DNA of 64,000 nucleotides from Moniliella sp. 'wahieum' (lineage: Eukaryota): the NCBI GenBank assembly GCA_003971905.1, contig RSEE01000048.1:186001-250000 (forward strand), written 5' to 3'. Of this stretch, positions 63,854 to 64,000 are shown one piece after another (the first letter of the stretch is position 1; each line of letters opens with the position of its first letter). The position numbers were made by a program, and so were the translations under genes. The notes under the pieces are model-generated. The model was given only the letters and a program-made list of their open reading frames with translations. It searched no databases and was not told the DNA's origin.

Positions 63854-64000
63854 CGACAGGGGACACTCCCCACTTAACCTCTGCCTCCTCAGCAGCTGTG
63901 GAGGGGCAACAGAGGGGGGTCGTTGGCCTGCGAGGGAGACTGATGTGCATACGTGACCCAGTCTTCGTAGATTCTTTTTCTCCAGATGGTGTGCTGTAGT

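Overview
GC-rich eukaryotic DNA with about 25 compact protein-coding genes. The genes have few, short GT-AG introns with CTRAC branch sites. The gene set and style point to a basidiomycete fungus, probably Ustilaginomycotina (inference). Recognisable genes in order: RNA pol I subunit Rpa43, Ran GTPase, class I histone deacetylase, ARMH3/DUF1741-like protein, Zn2Cys6 transcription factor, mitochondrial NAD+ carrier-like protein, Flc/TRP-like channel, a coiled-coil unknown, a GH5 glucanase, Vps72/YL1, a DH (RhoGEF) protein, a CreA-like zinc-finger protein with two finger pairs, DASH subunit Duo1, a large unknown, glutathione synthetase, RPL39, TFIIA large subunit, a PWWP protein, Fyv4/mS41, an OTU deubiquitinase, RPL21, RPS9, a metaxin/Sam35-like protein and eIF2-beta. 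Most genes, including essential ones, carry 1-2 nt frameshifts. These are best read as long-read indel errors, so gene boundaries are approximate. No rRNA, tRNA, CRISPR array or intact transposon was recognised. The main unexplained signal is non-coding. Intergenic and promoter regions repeatedly show T[G/C]A trinucleotides at exact 7-bp spacing, separated by a 4-bp palindrome whose identity varies. I counted about 35 instances by eye, using 13 of the 16 possible palindromes. The longest phased array has seven TGA triplets, at 63805-63853.
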